From assembly GCF_036321535.1 (NCBI RefSeq), contig NC_087437.1, forward strand, positions 77,068,001 through 77,132,000: a DNA stretch of 64,000 nucleotides, given 5' to 3'. This document shows, piece by piece, positions 26,076 to 39,164 of this stretch (the stretch's first letter is position 1; each line of letters starts with the position of its first letter). Origin of the DNA: Camelus dromedarius. Its lineage: Eukaryota. Both the position numbers and the translations under genes were made by a program. A model generated the notes under the pieces. It saw only the letters and a list, made by a program, of their open reading frames with translations, was not told where the DNA came from and searched no databases.

Positions 26076-29000
26076 AGAGGAAGCACAAAGGAAAAGAGAA
26101 AAAAGGTTAGACTTTACTGATTACCCGGTTTGTATTTTTATTTCCCAGGAGATGTTAACGGGCTTTGCTGGTGACATGTATACAACAGGCACTCCAATTT
26201 TTAATTACATTTGTGAAAAGTAATCTCGTTTTTCTCCATTGAACATTTTAGTATTTTTAGAAATCCTTCACTGTCAGTTGGCTTGAGGCAGCTGCCTGCT
26301 TCTCTCCTAACCATCCCCGACCCTGGGTCCGCGGGCATAGAGCTCATTGCTGTTTCAGGCCACGTTCCATTGGCTCCCAGAGTGTGTCCCAAGAGCACCT
26401 CTGCCACAGCTTACTTTGCTTCTTTTTTGTGGCAACCAGGGTGTGTCAGGGTGAAGGATGGAGCATGGTGGTGGAGACTGTGAGCATCCGAGTCAAAGCA
26501 GGATACGCTTCCAGTGACCTGATGTCATATATTCCCTTAGGGCCCAGCAGCAGCATTAAGGGTTTAGGCCTGTCTGCTCCCACCTCCAGCCTTCCAGTCC
26601 ACGAAATTACCATCACCACCACACCCCACCACCAAATCTCAAATAGATTCCTCTTTTACATAAATATTCAAATATGTTTGATTTGCCTCAGAATATTAAT
26701 CACAGTTTAAAACTAAATATTTCTACTTGATTAATGCATTTCTTTTCGCAAACTGTAAACTCCATGAGTCCAGGAAGTGTATCTGTGTGAGCACCACTGT
26801 ATCACCAGGGCTGTCAAATAGCTGGAAAAAATACATTCTCATTTAGGATATTTTGAATAAACTCTGATGACTGAAACATTACAGGCTATTAACTAGGCTG
26901 AAAATTTAACAAAGAGGTGACATCGTATTTATTTTTCAGTCTATTACTATCTCTAGACTAGTTTTTACGTAAGATGGGCACTTAATGTATTCAGAATTGA
27001 AACAAAGGGAGAGCAGCTGTGATTAAGTCTCCTGACTGAGAATTTTCAGGGCCTTCTCTATGTGGTAGAGTCATCATTACCAGCAGCTCTGGAATCACAC
27101 TTTTTATAGCTAATGATTTAAGGGAAAGATAAAAGTTTTCCTTTAGTGTCCATATAAAGACTCTAATTTGCAAAACTTGTGTCCTATGATTTCCCTGAGC
27201 CAGTTTCTGTGGTCAGAAGGATGAAGTATTGTGATTGGTGGTTAATTGTAAACCCATGAGAAAGCTGACAGATGTGCTGTGATTGGCAGCCCATAGAGAG
27301 TCAGATGGAATGAGCAACAGGTGATTCCCAGGGAAGTAGAGTTGCTGTTCAAAAACGAAAAAGATGCAAAATTTCTACCGTGTACACCACCACCACTAAC
27401 ATCTTCAACAACAACCAATATTTACTGCACTGTATATGGATATATATAAAATGGGGAATAGAAAGAGGAATCAATTATTTATAATTGGCTGGGCTATACT
27501 TTCTTAGTAAATGAATTAACGTTTTTAATTTACTAGGGACAAATTCTTTAGGCAAAAATTAGTTTCAGTCAAGCTTTACAGTTAATGTTTAAAAAAAGAC
27601 TGAGAAAACTGTCAAGGCCTAAAGTTAAGGGTCTTCTGAGTGGTGATAAGCTCGTCTCTGCTTTAGTTTCAAAAAGTCATTTCACTTTGGATTCTCAAGA
27701 AATACTGAGCTTCTCTAAAAACATTTTCCCTTAAGTGAAACAATCGTGGATTTCTAAAAGGCACTTAAATAAAAAGTAGGGTTTTTTTTTTTTCTTTCCT
27801 AAATGGGATCCTTATATTGTACATTATAATGAATCTGGGTTTAAAGTGATTCTTTTTGGTAGGACTACCCAGGGAATCAGATAAAATAAAAATGGAAAGG
27901 TTAATATTTTGCAAAAGCTAAATGAAAGACCAAGCATCAAAGTTTCGAATTATGTTTGAAATGATTTTTGAATGGATTCAGTATGTTCTTAATTGAGGTT
28001 CTCCCTCAGTGAACATGAGGCTCCTCATCTTTTCCCTGTTTGCTTCACCTCTGTTTTTAAAGACAATTTAGTTTTCTCTAATCCTCAAAAATCAAGATCT
28101 GCTAATCCTTCCAACTATCATTCCACTCCCCACTGCACATGAAAGCTTTCGTTGAAAAGTGAATACACTCTTGTCTCCATTTTAATTCATTCAACTCCTT
28201 CTCAAAACTTTTTGTTTTTTTCCTTTTCCTTTTTCTTTTTTTCCCCATCTAATCTATCCATAGCTCCTTTGAATAGCTGCTATATCTTGGCACTTTTTCA
28301 GTCATTAGTTTTAGAACTGTTATGCTATGTAATATTTATTACCAACATACCCATAACTGTAGCCACTCTGGGCATCCCATTATGCTGTTATGCCTCAGTT
28401 TCCAAAGAGATGTGTCCCTAGGTGGCCAGAATTTCCTCTTCTACTTTTCTGCTTGTTATTGACAACCTCCTTCAGAGAAAAATACTTTCATTTCCTTTCA
28501 GAGTCCACCTGATATATTCACATCTAATTACTTCTAGCTCAATGTTTGCACTTCTACACACTAATTAATTCTCTCCCCAGAATTAACGTTGTTCAAAGGA
28601 TACCGTCATGTGGTTGATTTACGGTGTCAAATTCTGAAATGAAATGGAGTGTGTTTGTAGAATGCCCTTATTTCTTGAGTTTGAATGCTTGCATCGCTCT
28701 TTTGGTGTCTCCCTCTCATGTTAGGTCTTCACTAGTTTGAGTGCATTTGGAAATTCTGTAAGAGGCATATGAAATGGCATCTCGGGTGTCCAATTTTATA
28801 AACAACATGGGCAGTGGCAGCAAGGAGTAGCCTGTGCCTACATTTGTTCTGTTTTTAAGGTCTTGCTTTATCTCTGATGACAAAGCTTATCCCACCACAA
28901 TGTTTGTTCCATCCCAATACAAATCCTCATGTGTTGCTGAAGAAAGATACTATGCAGTATGAAGATTCCATAGCTGTATCATTACAAGGATAGTTACAGA

Positions 29001-30224
29001 AGACATTCTGAAATAAATTCTGGATACTGTATTTTATGAGACTTGGGAGTAGTTATGTCCATCTTATTTTCAATAGCTATGTGGAGTTATGTGGTTTCAT
29101 TGATGAGTATTAAGAATTTAAGTTCTTTGTGGGCTGAGATTTTTGTTCTGTTCTCTGCTGTATCCCTGAAACCTGGAAGATTGAAATGTTTTATATAGTC
29201 AATGAATATTTTGAAAGAAATGTCTCTTCCTTAATTTACCTTGTTGCCAATAACTCAATGATTATATGCTGCTTTATGTGTATCCTGTTGTATAACTAGA
29301 GCAGGAATTCTCGACTTGTAGAAGTCATGCCGGAGTTTCACTGGCAGGGAGGAGGTTTACCATGTTCCCTACTCTCTTAACAAATTTGGCAATTAACACT
29401 CCAGCTGGCGCTCTTCTCTTTCTCTCTGACCACAGTGTTCACTTGATCACTACCCCTTCATGCTCAGAATGTGCCCTGTGATAGAGGTTTGGCCATGACA
29501 ACATTTTTCAAGAATAGCTGATTCAAGGACTAGAGTCATCTGTATCATGATCACAAAAGCTAACTAGGTGTAGGTAAATACAATTTTAAGAAGTTGTGCA
29601 TTTTCATGTATTACTGTGAAGTGTTATTTTCAAGCATTAATTTTTTTTGAAAAGAAAAATAAGGTATAGATTAGATTAAGTATAATCTCAGTCTCTCTTC
29701 TTTCTTTTTGTCTCTGTTGCTTTTAGAACTATTATCATGACCCACAAACTTAAAGATTTAGCACAAAACTATTGCTTGAGGGATCCATGAAATAAAAGCT
29801 CTTCTTTCCTCAACTTGAGATTAAAATGTTTAAGAATTTGAAAAGTTGGAAGGGTTAACACTGTTGTGATTTAGTTTCAAATCAAAGTCCAAATGTTGAC
29901 TTCAGCTCTTTTCTTGTTTAGCCTTCATTTATCTTTATCTGGGCTGAAATATAAAGAGAAGTTTCCACTGCCACCCAGTATGTCAGAATAACTGCACATC
30001 CAGACACCTGAACAGAAACCCTGGTTGGGAATTCTTCCAAACCTAGGAGCTGGCTAAGCTCACTTGAAGAAGCAGCAGAGGAGCAAGAAAATTTTAAGCC
30101 AAGAGTAATCAGTCGTTTCAGAGTGACAATTCATCTTTCAGCTTAAGCCAGGGATCTGCGTTCCCAGCATGGGTGCTAAACAGGCAGGCCTCCGCTGTTT
30201 CATTCCTAGCCATGCCTGCCACTT

Positions 30225-30370
30225 GCTTGTTATATGAATTTGAATAAGGTTTGTACACCCTGTGTGCCTCAGTTTCCTCGTGTGTAAGACAGAGACAGAT
30301 CATTGAAAGGAGCAAATGTGTGAATATATGTGTTTAGTACAGTGCCTGACAGTAAGTGGTAGCTCTTACT
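30225..30370 (+). mobile_element. MIR
   Basis: CTGTGTGCCTCAGTTTCCTCGTGTGTAA...TTAGTACAGTGCCTGACA. Confidence 0.65.
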
Positions 30371-31027
30371 GCAGAGGTGGCTGTGTTAGGCAGTCTTAGC
30401 CTGACCCATGAAAGACTTACATAAATAACTCCCCTCCTCTGAGCCTGCGTTCACTAAGCCACCTTCTGATAACGTGGCTTTCCTAGAGGATATAACATCC
30501 ATAGAAAGAGAAGATATTTTAGCTGGCCATAAACATCCATTCTTCTTGGGAGTTTTATTTATCTCTTAAAAATATATGCATGAACCAGACACCTAATTTT
30601 ATACCTTATTAAAATCCTATGAATTAACTTTCTTATAATAGATTAGAAAATTGAGGATAACATGGGTAATATAATTTGCTCAAGGTTCACTTAACTGTAA
30701 GTGATAGGGACTTTGTTCAAACCCAGAGTTCTTCCCTTTTTTCCATACATCAGGTGGTGCTTCTTGTGCTGTGGTGAGAGGAAGTCTTGTGGGGTAGTAA
30801 CCAGCTTCTCTGCTACTGTCAGTTGGGCTGTGTGTCTGTCTGAGGTTAGGAATCTAGGTAAATTAATCCCTTGTATTTCAGTGAGAATGAAGACCCCTCA
30901 GCAAAAGTGGATCTAGGTTGCATCCTCTTTGAGGAATAGAAAACAAATTCATATAAAAATACTCACTTTGAGGAGTCCCTACAAAGCAGCTTCTTTGTTT
31001 GTTTGGTTTTGCTTGTTTTTTTCCTGT

Positions 31028-31206
31028 AGTACAACCTCAGAACTTTAGTGTGCATCGGAATCACCTGAGGACTATGACCAGACACTCATTGCTGGACTCA
31101 TCCCCGGGGTTCCTGGTCCAGGAAACCTAGCTGGGCCTGAGGCTACATTTCTAACAAGTGTTCTGGTGATGATGCTGTAGCTGGCATTGGCACCACACTA
31201 CACTGA
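31028..31206. mobile_element. MER5A-like DNA transposon
   Basis: AACTTTAGTGTGCATCGGAATCACCTG...CATTTCTAACAAG...GGTGATGATGCTG. Confidence 0.7.
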
Positions 31207-32041
31207 CTCTGTCCTAAAATCAGTGGAGTCAGTGCTCTTGAATTGCTGACGTGCAAACTCAGGAAAGCTTAGCTGATCTGATATTAATCTTTGTCTAAAA
31301 TCCCCTTTTCCCATTGTTAAGCACTTCAGGTTTTATTCATTAATCAAAAAATCCTGATACAAACCATATAGACCTTGAGTTACCCAAATCAGAATTGAAG
31401 ACATCCATGTAGTGGCTCACCAGACTCGGGGGGTGTAACATGTACACCATTTGTATCCTTGTGTCATTCAGGTCATATAATTATTAATTCAGTGACTGTG
31501 TACATTTCTTCCTTTTATTATCTTTAAGAGGGCATTTTATATAAGATGCAGTATTATACAGTGTGTCTGATCAAAGTAAGGCAGAAACTTCATACAGGGA
31601 TGGTTGGGTTTTGTTTGTTTGTTTTAGTACTTGATGGAGTTCACTTTAAGGACTTGTCCGGAGTTGCTAATTCTGAAGGGAGTTCTGTGAACAAGGAAAA
31701 CATCCCTAGAAGAAAGTAAACGTTTGGATTTAAATGGTTGGAGATACTGTACAATGCTAATTAGCAAATTGTCCTTAATATGTCACTATTCCTGTGGCAT
31801 TTTACTTATGTGCGGAATTTAGCACTCACCATCTTGCACTTTACAACTTTATCCCTCCTCACAAGCAACCACAAAGTATCCCCCCCCAAAAAAAAGTTGA
31901 ATGGGAAAAATGACTGAGTTCAGATAATTAATAACAATAATAATGAGAACAGCAACCATGTACCTGCTTACCATAGGCCAGGCCTGTTTAATGCACCTCA
32001 TAAGCTGTATTCCATTTAATCTTCACAAAATCCCTATAAAG

Positions 32042-32211
32042 CAGTATCTCAACATCAGCACTGTTGACACTTCAGGCTGGATAATTCTTTGCTGTGGGGA
32101 CTGTCCTGTGCTTTGTACGATGTCTTGCAGGATCCCTAGCCTCTACCCACTAGATGCCAGTAGCACGCTCCCAGTTGTAACAACCAAAATTGACCCAGTT
32201 AAGAACCACTG
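32042..32211. mobile_element. MER20 (hAT-Charlie) with internal deletion, inserted into a MIR
   Basis: CAGTATCTCAAC...GGCTGGATAATTCTTTGCTGTGGGGACTGTCCTGTG...CTCTACCCACTAGATGCCAGTAGCAC...AAGAACCACTG. 8-bp TSD CTATAAAG / ATATAAAG. Confidence 0.85.
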
Positions 32212-33339
32212 ATATAAAGTATATAGGATTATAGTCTCTATTTCTTAGATGTGGCATTGGAAATTTAATTTGTCCAACTTTTCACAGTTCATTAATATCA
32301 GGGTAAGTGATTCAAGTCCAGACCCTCAGATATGTCCATTCTTAGTAAGTTGACTAACAATGGGGGCCGCAAACTTTTGTAGATCAGGATAAGAGAAATC
32401 AGCTGTGAATAATTCCTCCTAAATCCATCTTCTCTAAATCAGTTTTCCCTACTTGGGCTTTAAATTGTACAGTCTATGTTTTGTCTTAATTTTTATTAGA
32501 CAAGTCACAAGTCCTTGGGTACAATCCAGCACCTGTTCTGTTGTTATGGAATCAGATGCCTTTGGCTTGTGAGTTAAAACAGCTGCTAATATAAAGCAGG
32601 GTTCTAACTGATATGGCTGGATGGGTCCCCAGTCTCTGGTCACCACCTAGCTGGGGCAGGACTTACATCTTGGATATGCACTTACTGTGTTGTGTATTTC
32701 CTTAGCTGGTCTTAGGATATTGTTCATAGGCCTCTCCCTACCCCCCTTTAAAGTTAAAAAAAAAAAAAAAAAAACAAGATCAAAACTTGTTCCTTGAGTG
32801 ATTCATCAGAAAAATAATATATGTATAAATTTCAGTTGAAATTGGGATAGATTTTGTATTTTAAATCAACCACATATGAATAGATAGATGACAGTCAGAC
32901 AGACAGACAGGTAGAAGTCTGCTCTGTGAAGCATGGAATCTGCATCACTTCTAAGAGTCAGTCAGGTGCTCATGTCTTGGTTCTGAATGAAAAGAAATGG
33001 TGATTTTAGCAACTCTTTTGGAAAAGAGGACTATTTACTAATAAGGCAAGTGGGAGTACCTAGAGATGAATATAGGGTCATTTACTCTAGAATAGAACAG
33101 GTTGAAGAGATGTGGGATAATAAACTATATACATTAAGGTAGTTGTAGATAGGAGAGAGGAAAGACCCATAATTTACATTCAGACCATGATATAAAGCAA
33201 ATGGATATGCCTTCTCAGCACAATACACACAGACACAATTACATATTTGACTTAGTGGATTCCATAAGATTTGCTGGGATTGAGTAATTTATGAAGTGTA
33301 CCCATGTGCTTTTGTGTCCTTAGGGAAATATTTTAAAGG

Positions 33340-34760
33340 TTTAGGATTTACATAAAGAAAAATTTTAAAAAACTGTGAAAGGGTATAAAGCAATTTCTTA
33401 ACAAATGAAAAGACAAATCAGGTTTTTGGATGAGAATACAAATAATTTAAAATTTTTATGTCTCTCAAACTAATATGTGTACTTAATGTCAGTCAGAATC
33501 CCAACTAGGAATTTTTAAAATTTAAAAAAAGTTACCTAAAATTTACATGCCAGAGTAGACCAGGTTTTAGAGCTCACGTGCTCTCTCTCCCTCCCTCCCT
33601 CCCCCCCCCACGCATACACACACACGCACACACACACACACGAAGGGCAGTAAGAGAGCATAACATAAAAAATCTTGTAAAACTCTGACATTCAGCTATT
33701 CTTTTATAAGAAAGACGTAGATAAATAAGTCTATAGAAGAAAAAGGGCATCTAGAAATCAACTGTAGTTAGAAGATTTTATATTTGATGAAGGTAGTATT
33801 TCATTTCACAGGGAAAAGATGGATCATTAACAATTAGCTCTGGCACAATCAGCTGTCCATTTGCATCTTACATTATGTACAAGAAATAGTTTTCAGATTG
33901 ATTAAAGATTTATTTGTAAATAGTAAAAATAACAGTTTTGCGAACATCCAGGAGACCACTACATGTACAATAGCTAGCAGCAAGTGTGACCTTCTTAAGA
34001 CCGAAAACCTAGAAGCCGTAAGAGATAAGGCAAATGCATTTATAGCAAAAGATAACACAGACAAATATCAAAAGATGTATAGTAGGTTTTGAAAGAAAAA
34101 TACGTGTATGAGAGTATGGTGACAGAGTGTTGTTTTTATATTACACATGGGACACTGAAAATTTGTCAAGATGAGACTAGTAGCTCAATTTAAAAAAAAA
34201 GGATAAGAATCAATTCATAGAGATCTTCAAAAGATCAAGTATATGAAAATAATGCTCAAACTGACTGTTATTTTTTCAATGCAAAATAAAGTAATGAAGA
34301 GACATCACATTACAGCCATGAGACTGACAATAATTTGAAAGAGTAACAACCTGACTGACAAGTGTAAAACCTAAAGTATTAAAGACATTTTGGAATGCAG
34401 TGTCTGTTAAAATTAAAAAATGCATTTATCCTCTGACACAGAAACCGCTCTTGTTGTTAGTCGAGCCGTAAAATAAAGCATCAGTAGGAAGGATATTTAT
34501 TGCAGTGTTCATAGTATCCAAATACTAAATAGGAATCAATGGCTTTCCAATAGGAAAATGACTGAAAATATGGTAAATTCATAACACACTTTTGGAGTCA
34601 TTAAAAATGAATTAAAGCTAACAATTGATTAGAATTATTTCTATGATTTATTGTTTAGTGAAAATTGAAAGATACAGAAAAGTGGCTATTAAACGATCTT
34701 TTCAAGTAAAATAAACAATGAAATAAAATTCTCCATTTGTACATATGTGTGAGTGTTTGC
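33340..34760 (+). mobile_element. Old L1M fragment (ORF2 3' part), degenerate
   Basis: A-rich L1-like motifs (TATTTGATGAAGGTAG, AAATGCAAAATAAA, GATATTTATTGCAGTGTT); interrupted by a CA-rich simple repeat at ~33580-33641. Confidence 0.7.
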
Positions 34761-35098
34761 ATGAGTATATACAATACATACTTGCCTGTTACCATTTGAA
34801 TATGGAGAAAACATATGTAAGGGTACATTCAATAGTGAAAATTTTGTTTAAAATGTAGAGAGGAAGGTAGGAATGTGGGAATGAAGAAGGCCTAACATTA
34901 AAATAAAAGAAAATAAAGAATGGATAAATACATAAAAAATGTAAAAATCCAATAAAAAATGAATGTTTGGTTCCCACTTGTCAACTTATACAATATTTTA
35001 AGTGTGAATTAAATTTATGTTGAAATTATTTGGGATTGCTCTAATTTGAGACTTAGGTTTTTTTCTAGACTTTAAAAAGAGACTGTTTCCCAAGATTT

Positions 35099-35102
<4 letters not shown>

Positions 35103-35132
<30 letters not shown>
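35103..35132 (+). repeat. (TA)n microsatellite, ~15 units
   Basis: Uninterrupted TA run. Confidence 0.97.
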
Positions 35133-35137
<5 letters not shown>

Positions 35138-36119
35138 CGTATTTCCCATAGAAAAAAATAAAAATTGCAGATGAGCAAAAAGAGAAAAATATCCTAGTCC
35201 CTCCTGTTTGAGGCTCTTTCTGTTGACTATTTTCCATCCTTTACCCAGAGCTCTGTTCACTGGCTTCTGTCTCTTCTCCCGAGTCTAGTTTAGGTGCCAC
35301 CCCAGACTAACTGTGTCCTCTGTTGGCCTGCCTTTGTCAGCTTCCACATCTATGTCCTTTACATGCCCAGCTTCAAACAGACATAGCTCAGCCCCAAACT
35401 AGAACACTTCACGAAAACAGCCTCTGATCCTGGGGAATTTCACAAATTCCAAAACCTGGTCTTTAATGACATATCCTCAGTGAATGTCCTGCTAGATGCT
35501 GTGACAGATAGAAATGCATAAGAAACAAAGATCCTTCCCAAAAGAAGCTTAAAAATTCATGGAGGAGCTAAACCTTACATTTATTAAAATTAAATAGATG
35601 TATTTCTGCCCTTGACAAAATATGATTGCTTAAATTAATTGTAAGTTGGAGAGCTGAGGAGAAATAAGGGGCTTTTATTCAAAAGAGCCCATTACACCAG
35701 GTAGAGAGAGATGTAGAGATGCAGCAGGTGGAGGATTCAGTACTTCTAGCATTTGCCTCACTTCTGGTGCTCAGGCTTTTCTTGGTCCTGTATAATTCTG
35801 CAGGAAAGAAGGGCCAAGTCTGAGCTAGTAAAGGAATAAAAATTGATATTTCTAACCATGGAACACAGCTGTAACTAAAGTGATACACAGTTGAGGCTTT
35901 ATGGCTAGAGATGCAGTTTAGCTGATTGAAAAGAGACTCCCGCCTGTGGAAGAAGCCAATCTATTGTCTCCAAACCACCAATTCTTGATCTGGACATGTT
36001 TCTAAAATAAACCACATGTTTGGGTCTTTTTCACAAAGAACCATTTTCCCTACTTCTCGTTGTGTTAGTGTGGGTGTATTAAACTGAAGTGGTTTTATCC
36101 AGATGCCCAGGCTAACCCA

Positions 36120-36493
36120 CAGCCGATACAGAGACCTCAAGGGTCCTGGGCCTCAGAGGCCTGGCTGGAAAGTGACGGCCATACTTGGCAACAGTAAAAC
36201 GCTCCGACGCCCAACTGATAGGTAAAAATGCTTAAATAGGAGAGCAGGAGCGTGTGAGAACTGTCAGAAACCTTTGGGGAGATCCGGGTTGCGCTCTGGC
36301 TCCTGTTACCTTAGTCGCAGTCACTGCCTGTGTTGCTGCAGTAGCTGCTGGGTGGAGAGGACTGCTTCTGAAGGCATGACTGAAAAGCTTTCAGTCAGGA
36401 GACACAAGGAGCCTCTGTGCTCTCTTTGTCTTTTGATTTCATGTTTATTTGTTTTCCTGTTAATACGCTTCCAACATTTTCCTCCAGGTAAGT
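36120..36493 (+). promoter_or_regulatory. CpG-retaining element ending in a consensus splice donor (candidate promoter/first exon)
   Basis: Local CpG cluster; TGACG at 36173-36177; RFX-like half sites GGCAAC (36187-36192) and GTTACC (36305-36310); CAG|GTAAGT at 36487/36488. Confidence 0.45.
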
Positions 36494-37930
36494 TGTGCTC
36501 CAGACTAGTGTTCTGTTCTTAGGAGTCACCTGAAACTCTTAACTTTTTCAGTCCTTCTGTGTCTGATCTTTCTGTCTTCTATCTAAGCCCACCCAATAGA
36601 ATAGCCCACAAGGTTGCCACAACACTGGATACGCCACAGTGATGTTTATGAATTTTATGATAAACCAGAGCAGAAAAACAGAAGAGAAAAAGAACTAGCA
36701 CAGAGAAGTTGCAAAGATCTCAGAATCTTGCTACGTTCTTATGGTCATCACCTTTCTTTGACAGTTTCCAGCTTCCTTACATAGTGATAATGGGAAATCC
36801 TCTGAGACTTGGAGTCTTTAATTTTATTTCTGATTCTGAATCTGAATCAGAAACATCTCTTTTTACTACCCTAAGTCTCATCCTACCCCCAACACCTGCC
36901 TAGATGCCTGTGTGGTTCTCTTTCTTTAGTCACTTGTTCCTAGCAAGTAGGTTCAAGTCTACTTGCAACAGAACAGAGGTAGGTACTATCATTTCCTTTT
37001 TCCTCCAGGTTATCCTATGCCCTCTCCCCTGCCGCCACCTCAGCCCCCACCAAGCCAGTTTGCCATAAATGAGATATCTGCACTTCTCTGGATTTCTAGT
37101 TAGTATATCACCTCGCGCCACATTTTATTTGTGGTTGATAGTAAATATTTTTATTTCAATCAGTTAAGAAAGATCATGTGCTGAATAGTATACTTAAGAA
37201 GAATGTGATACAATCTTTATTGTTGTAGAATTTAAAGCCTTGGAAGACCAGAATAATGGTTATAAAATCACTAAAAACAGTAAACTCATTCATTTATCTA
37301 GTTTAAGACTACCAAGTACACAGGATATAATTAAGGCTTTGAAAATATTTAAGACAAAGTACTGTAGATAGTGAGAGATGTTAAGTCTTCTCAGAGGAGC
37401 TGACATGTTAGTGTTAATTCAGGAACCATTTTCTTAACTGTATACACCAAGTTGTGTTCAACCGAAATGTGGAAGGGTCACCGATGAACAAATTCTAAGG
37501 AATCTTGAGAATACCATCTAAGGTTTCTGTTTTAAGTAAGCCCATTATCATTTCCTAAGATGCTCAGCCATGCCTGCATCTTTACTCTTGGATTCTTACT
37601 TACGTACACATACATCATAATTTTAAATGAAATGTTATTTGATTACACTGGACTTTTTATAGCCTGATTTCTATAGCAGGAAACAATAAAGTTCTTAAGC
37701 AAATAGCCATTGCTCAATAATAGCCCCCACTTCCAGAACCAGGCTGTGCAGTTTCCTTAATGCGGAGGCATTTTGATGGAGCATTAGTTCTCATTCTACC
37801 TAAGAAAGGTGCACGATGACGGTGGGCTCTGTTGCCTTAGATAAGGTGGAGTAGTAATATTTGAGCCTAATGGTTTCAACAACATTCACTTGACATAGAA
37901 AATAACGGCTTGAAGGATTAGTTAACAACC

Positions 37931-38105
37931 TGTGGTGGTTTAAAACATGTCCACAATTATTTGACCCTCTTCCCACTGAGAGGTGGGAACTATATCCCCT
38001 CCCCTTAAATCTGGCAGGGTACGTCTCTACTTAGACCCACAGAGTATGGTAGAATTAATGTAACTTCCACGGCTAGGTAAGAAAAGGCCACACAGCTTCC
38101 ATCTG

Positions 38106-38155
<50 letters not shown>

Positions 38156-38510
38156 TAATATTCCATATTGGAAATCTGAGTTGCCATATAAGAAATCCTA
38201 CTACCCCGAGGCTGCCATGCTGTGGGGAAAGTAAATTCAGGACACATGGAGATGCCATGTGTAGGTATGTCAGTCATCAGCCCCCAGCTGACAGCTGACA
38301 TCAACCACTGAAATTGTCTCCAATGATTCAGGCCCCTCCCTACCTACCAGCTCATCTCCATGGAGCCATGAAGTCTTCCCAGTCGAGGTCCCAGACCACA
38401 CAGAGGATAGACAAGCCAGATTCTCCAGCCACAGATGCTGTGAAGGAAATAAAATGATTGCTTTGAACTTGTAAGTGTGGGGTAGTTTGTTAGCAGCACA
38501 GTTACTGGAG
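37931..38510 (+). mobile_element. MLT1G/H-like MaLR solo LTR
   Basis: Starts TGTGGTGGTTTAAAACATGTCCACAA...CCCCTCCCCTTAAATCTGG and ends GGGGTAGTTTGTTAGCAGCA; contains an internal (GTT)n. Confidence 0.8.
38107..38154 (+). repeat. (GTT)n microsatellite, ~16 units
   Basis: Uninterrupted GTT run. Confidence 0.97.
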
Positions 38511-38850
38511 TGGTCCCCTAGAGACCTCTCTTCCTAGAGATTTCTTTCAATGATGGCTACTGAAAATAGAGATTTGGTGGAAATATGATACTTGGAAAAA
38601 TGTTTTGAGTATAGGTAGTTGGAGGTAATGATTCTGAGGAAGAAAATAGGTGGAAGATGGAAATCCGTGCTTTTTTCTCTTTAGCTCTATCCACTCTCTT
38701 ATTTTATGCTTCTCCCCATGTTACTCATAGATTGTTTCTCTGTGTTCTTTTTCTTTGTGATTGTGGCAGCCAAGATTGAATGATGGAAAATGGGGGTTAC
38801 TAAAAACATGGAATGGGGGGTAATTTTTGCAAATCAGAAATAACCTTGTA

Positions 38851-38973
38851 GGGGGGAGGATATGGTTCAAGCACTAGAAAACATGCTCAGCATGCACAAG
38901 GTCCTGGGTTCAATCCCCAGTACCTCCTCTAAAAACAAACAAACAAACCTAATTACCACTCCCCCCCAAAAAG
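38851..38973 (+). mobile_element. tRNA-derived SINE, same family as 4998-5152, more diverged
   Basis: GGGGGGAGGATATGGTTCAAG...GGTCCTGGGTTCAATCCCCAG...AAACCTAATTACC. TSD GAAATAACCTTGTA (38837-38850) / GAAGTAACTTTGTA (38974-38987), 12/14 match. Confidence 0.88.
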
Positions 38974-39108
38974 GAAGTAACTTTGTAAACAGAGAAGAGC
39001 CTGTTTTGTTACAAAAAAGAAACCTTAAGTTTGAGTTTACATTAAAAAAAAAAAAAAAGCAAAAGGAGATCAGGTAGCAAAGTAAATTGATGGCAGTGGG
39101 AAGAGGTG

Positions 39109-39156
39109 GCAGGTACCAGAGGCAGCAGGTACCAGAGGCAGCAGGTACCAGAGGCA
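39109..39156 (+). repeat. 16-bp tandem repeat x3 (GCAGGTACCAGAGGCA)
   Basis: Three perfect head-to-tail copies. Confidence 0.97.
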
Positions 39157-39164
39157 GGAACATC

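Noticed and set aside
28871..28945. C/D-box snoRNA-like arrangement (TGATGA...CTGA, ~70 nt)
   Set aside because: C box lacks the 5' purine, the terminal stem is only ~3 bp, and I recognise no rRNA/snRNA guide. A snoscan/Rfam hit would be needed.
38073..38258. Poly-threonine ORF
   Set aside because: Artefact of the (GTT)n microsatellite inside an MLT1 LTR.
39109..39156. CRISPR-like repeat
   Set aside because: Head-to-tail units without spacers, in mammalian DNA, with no cas genes.
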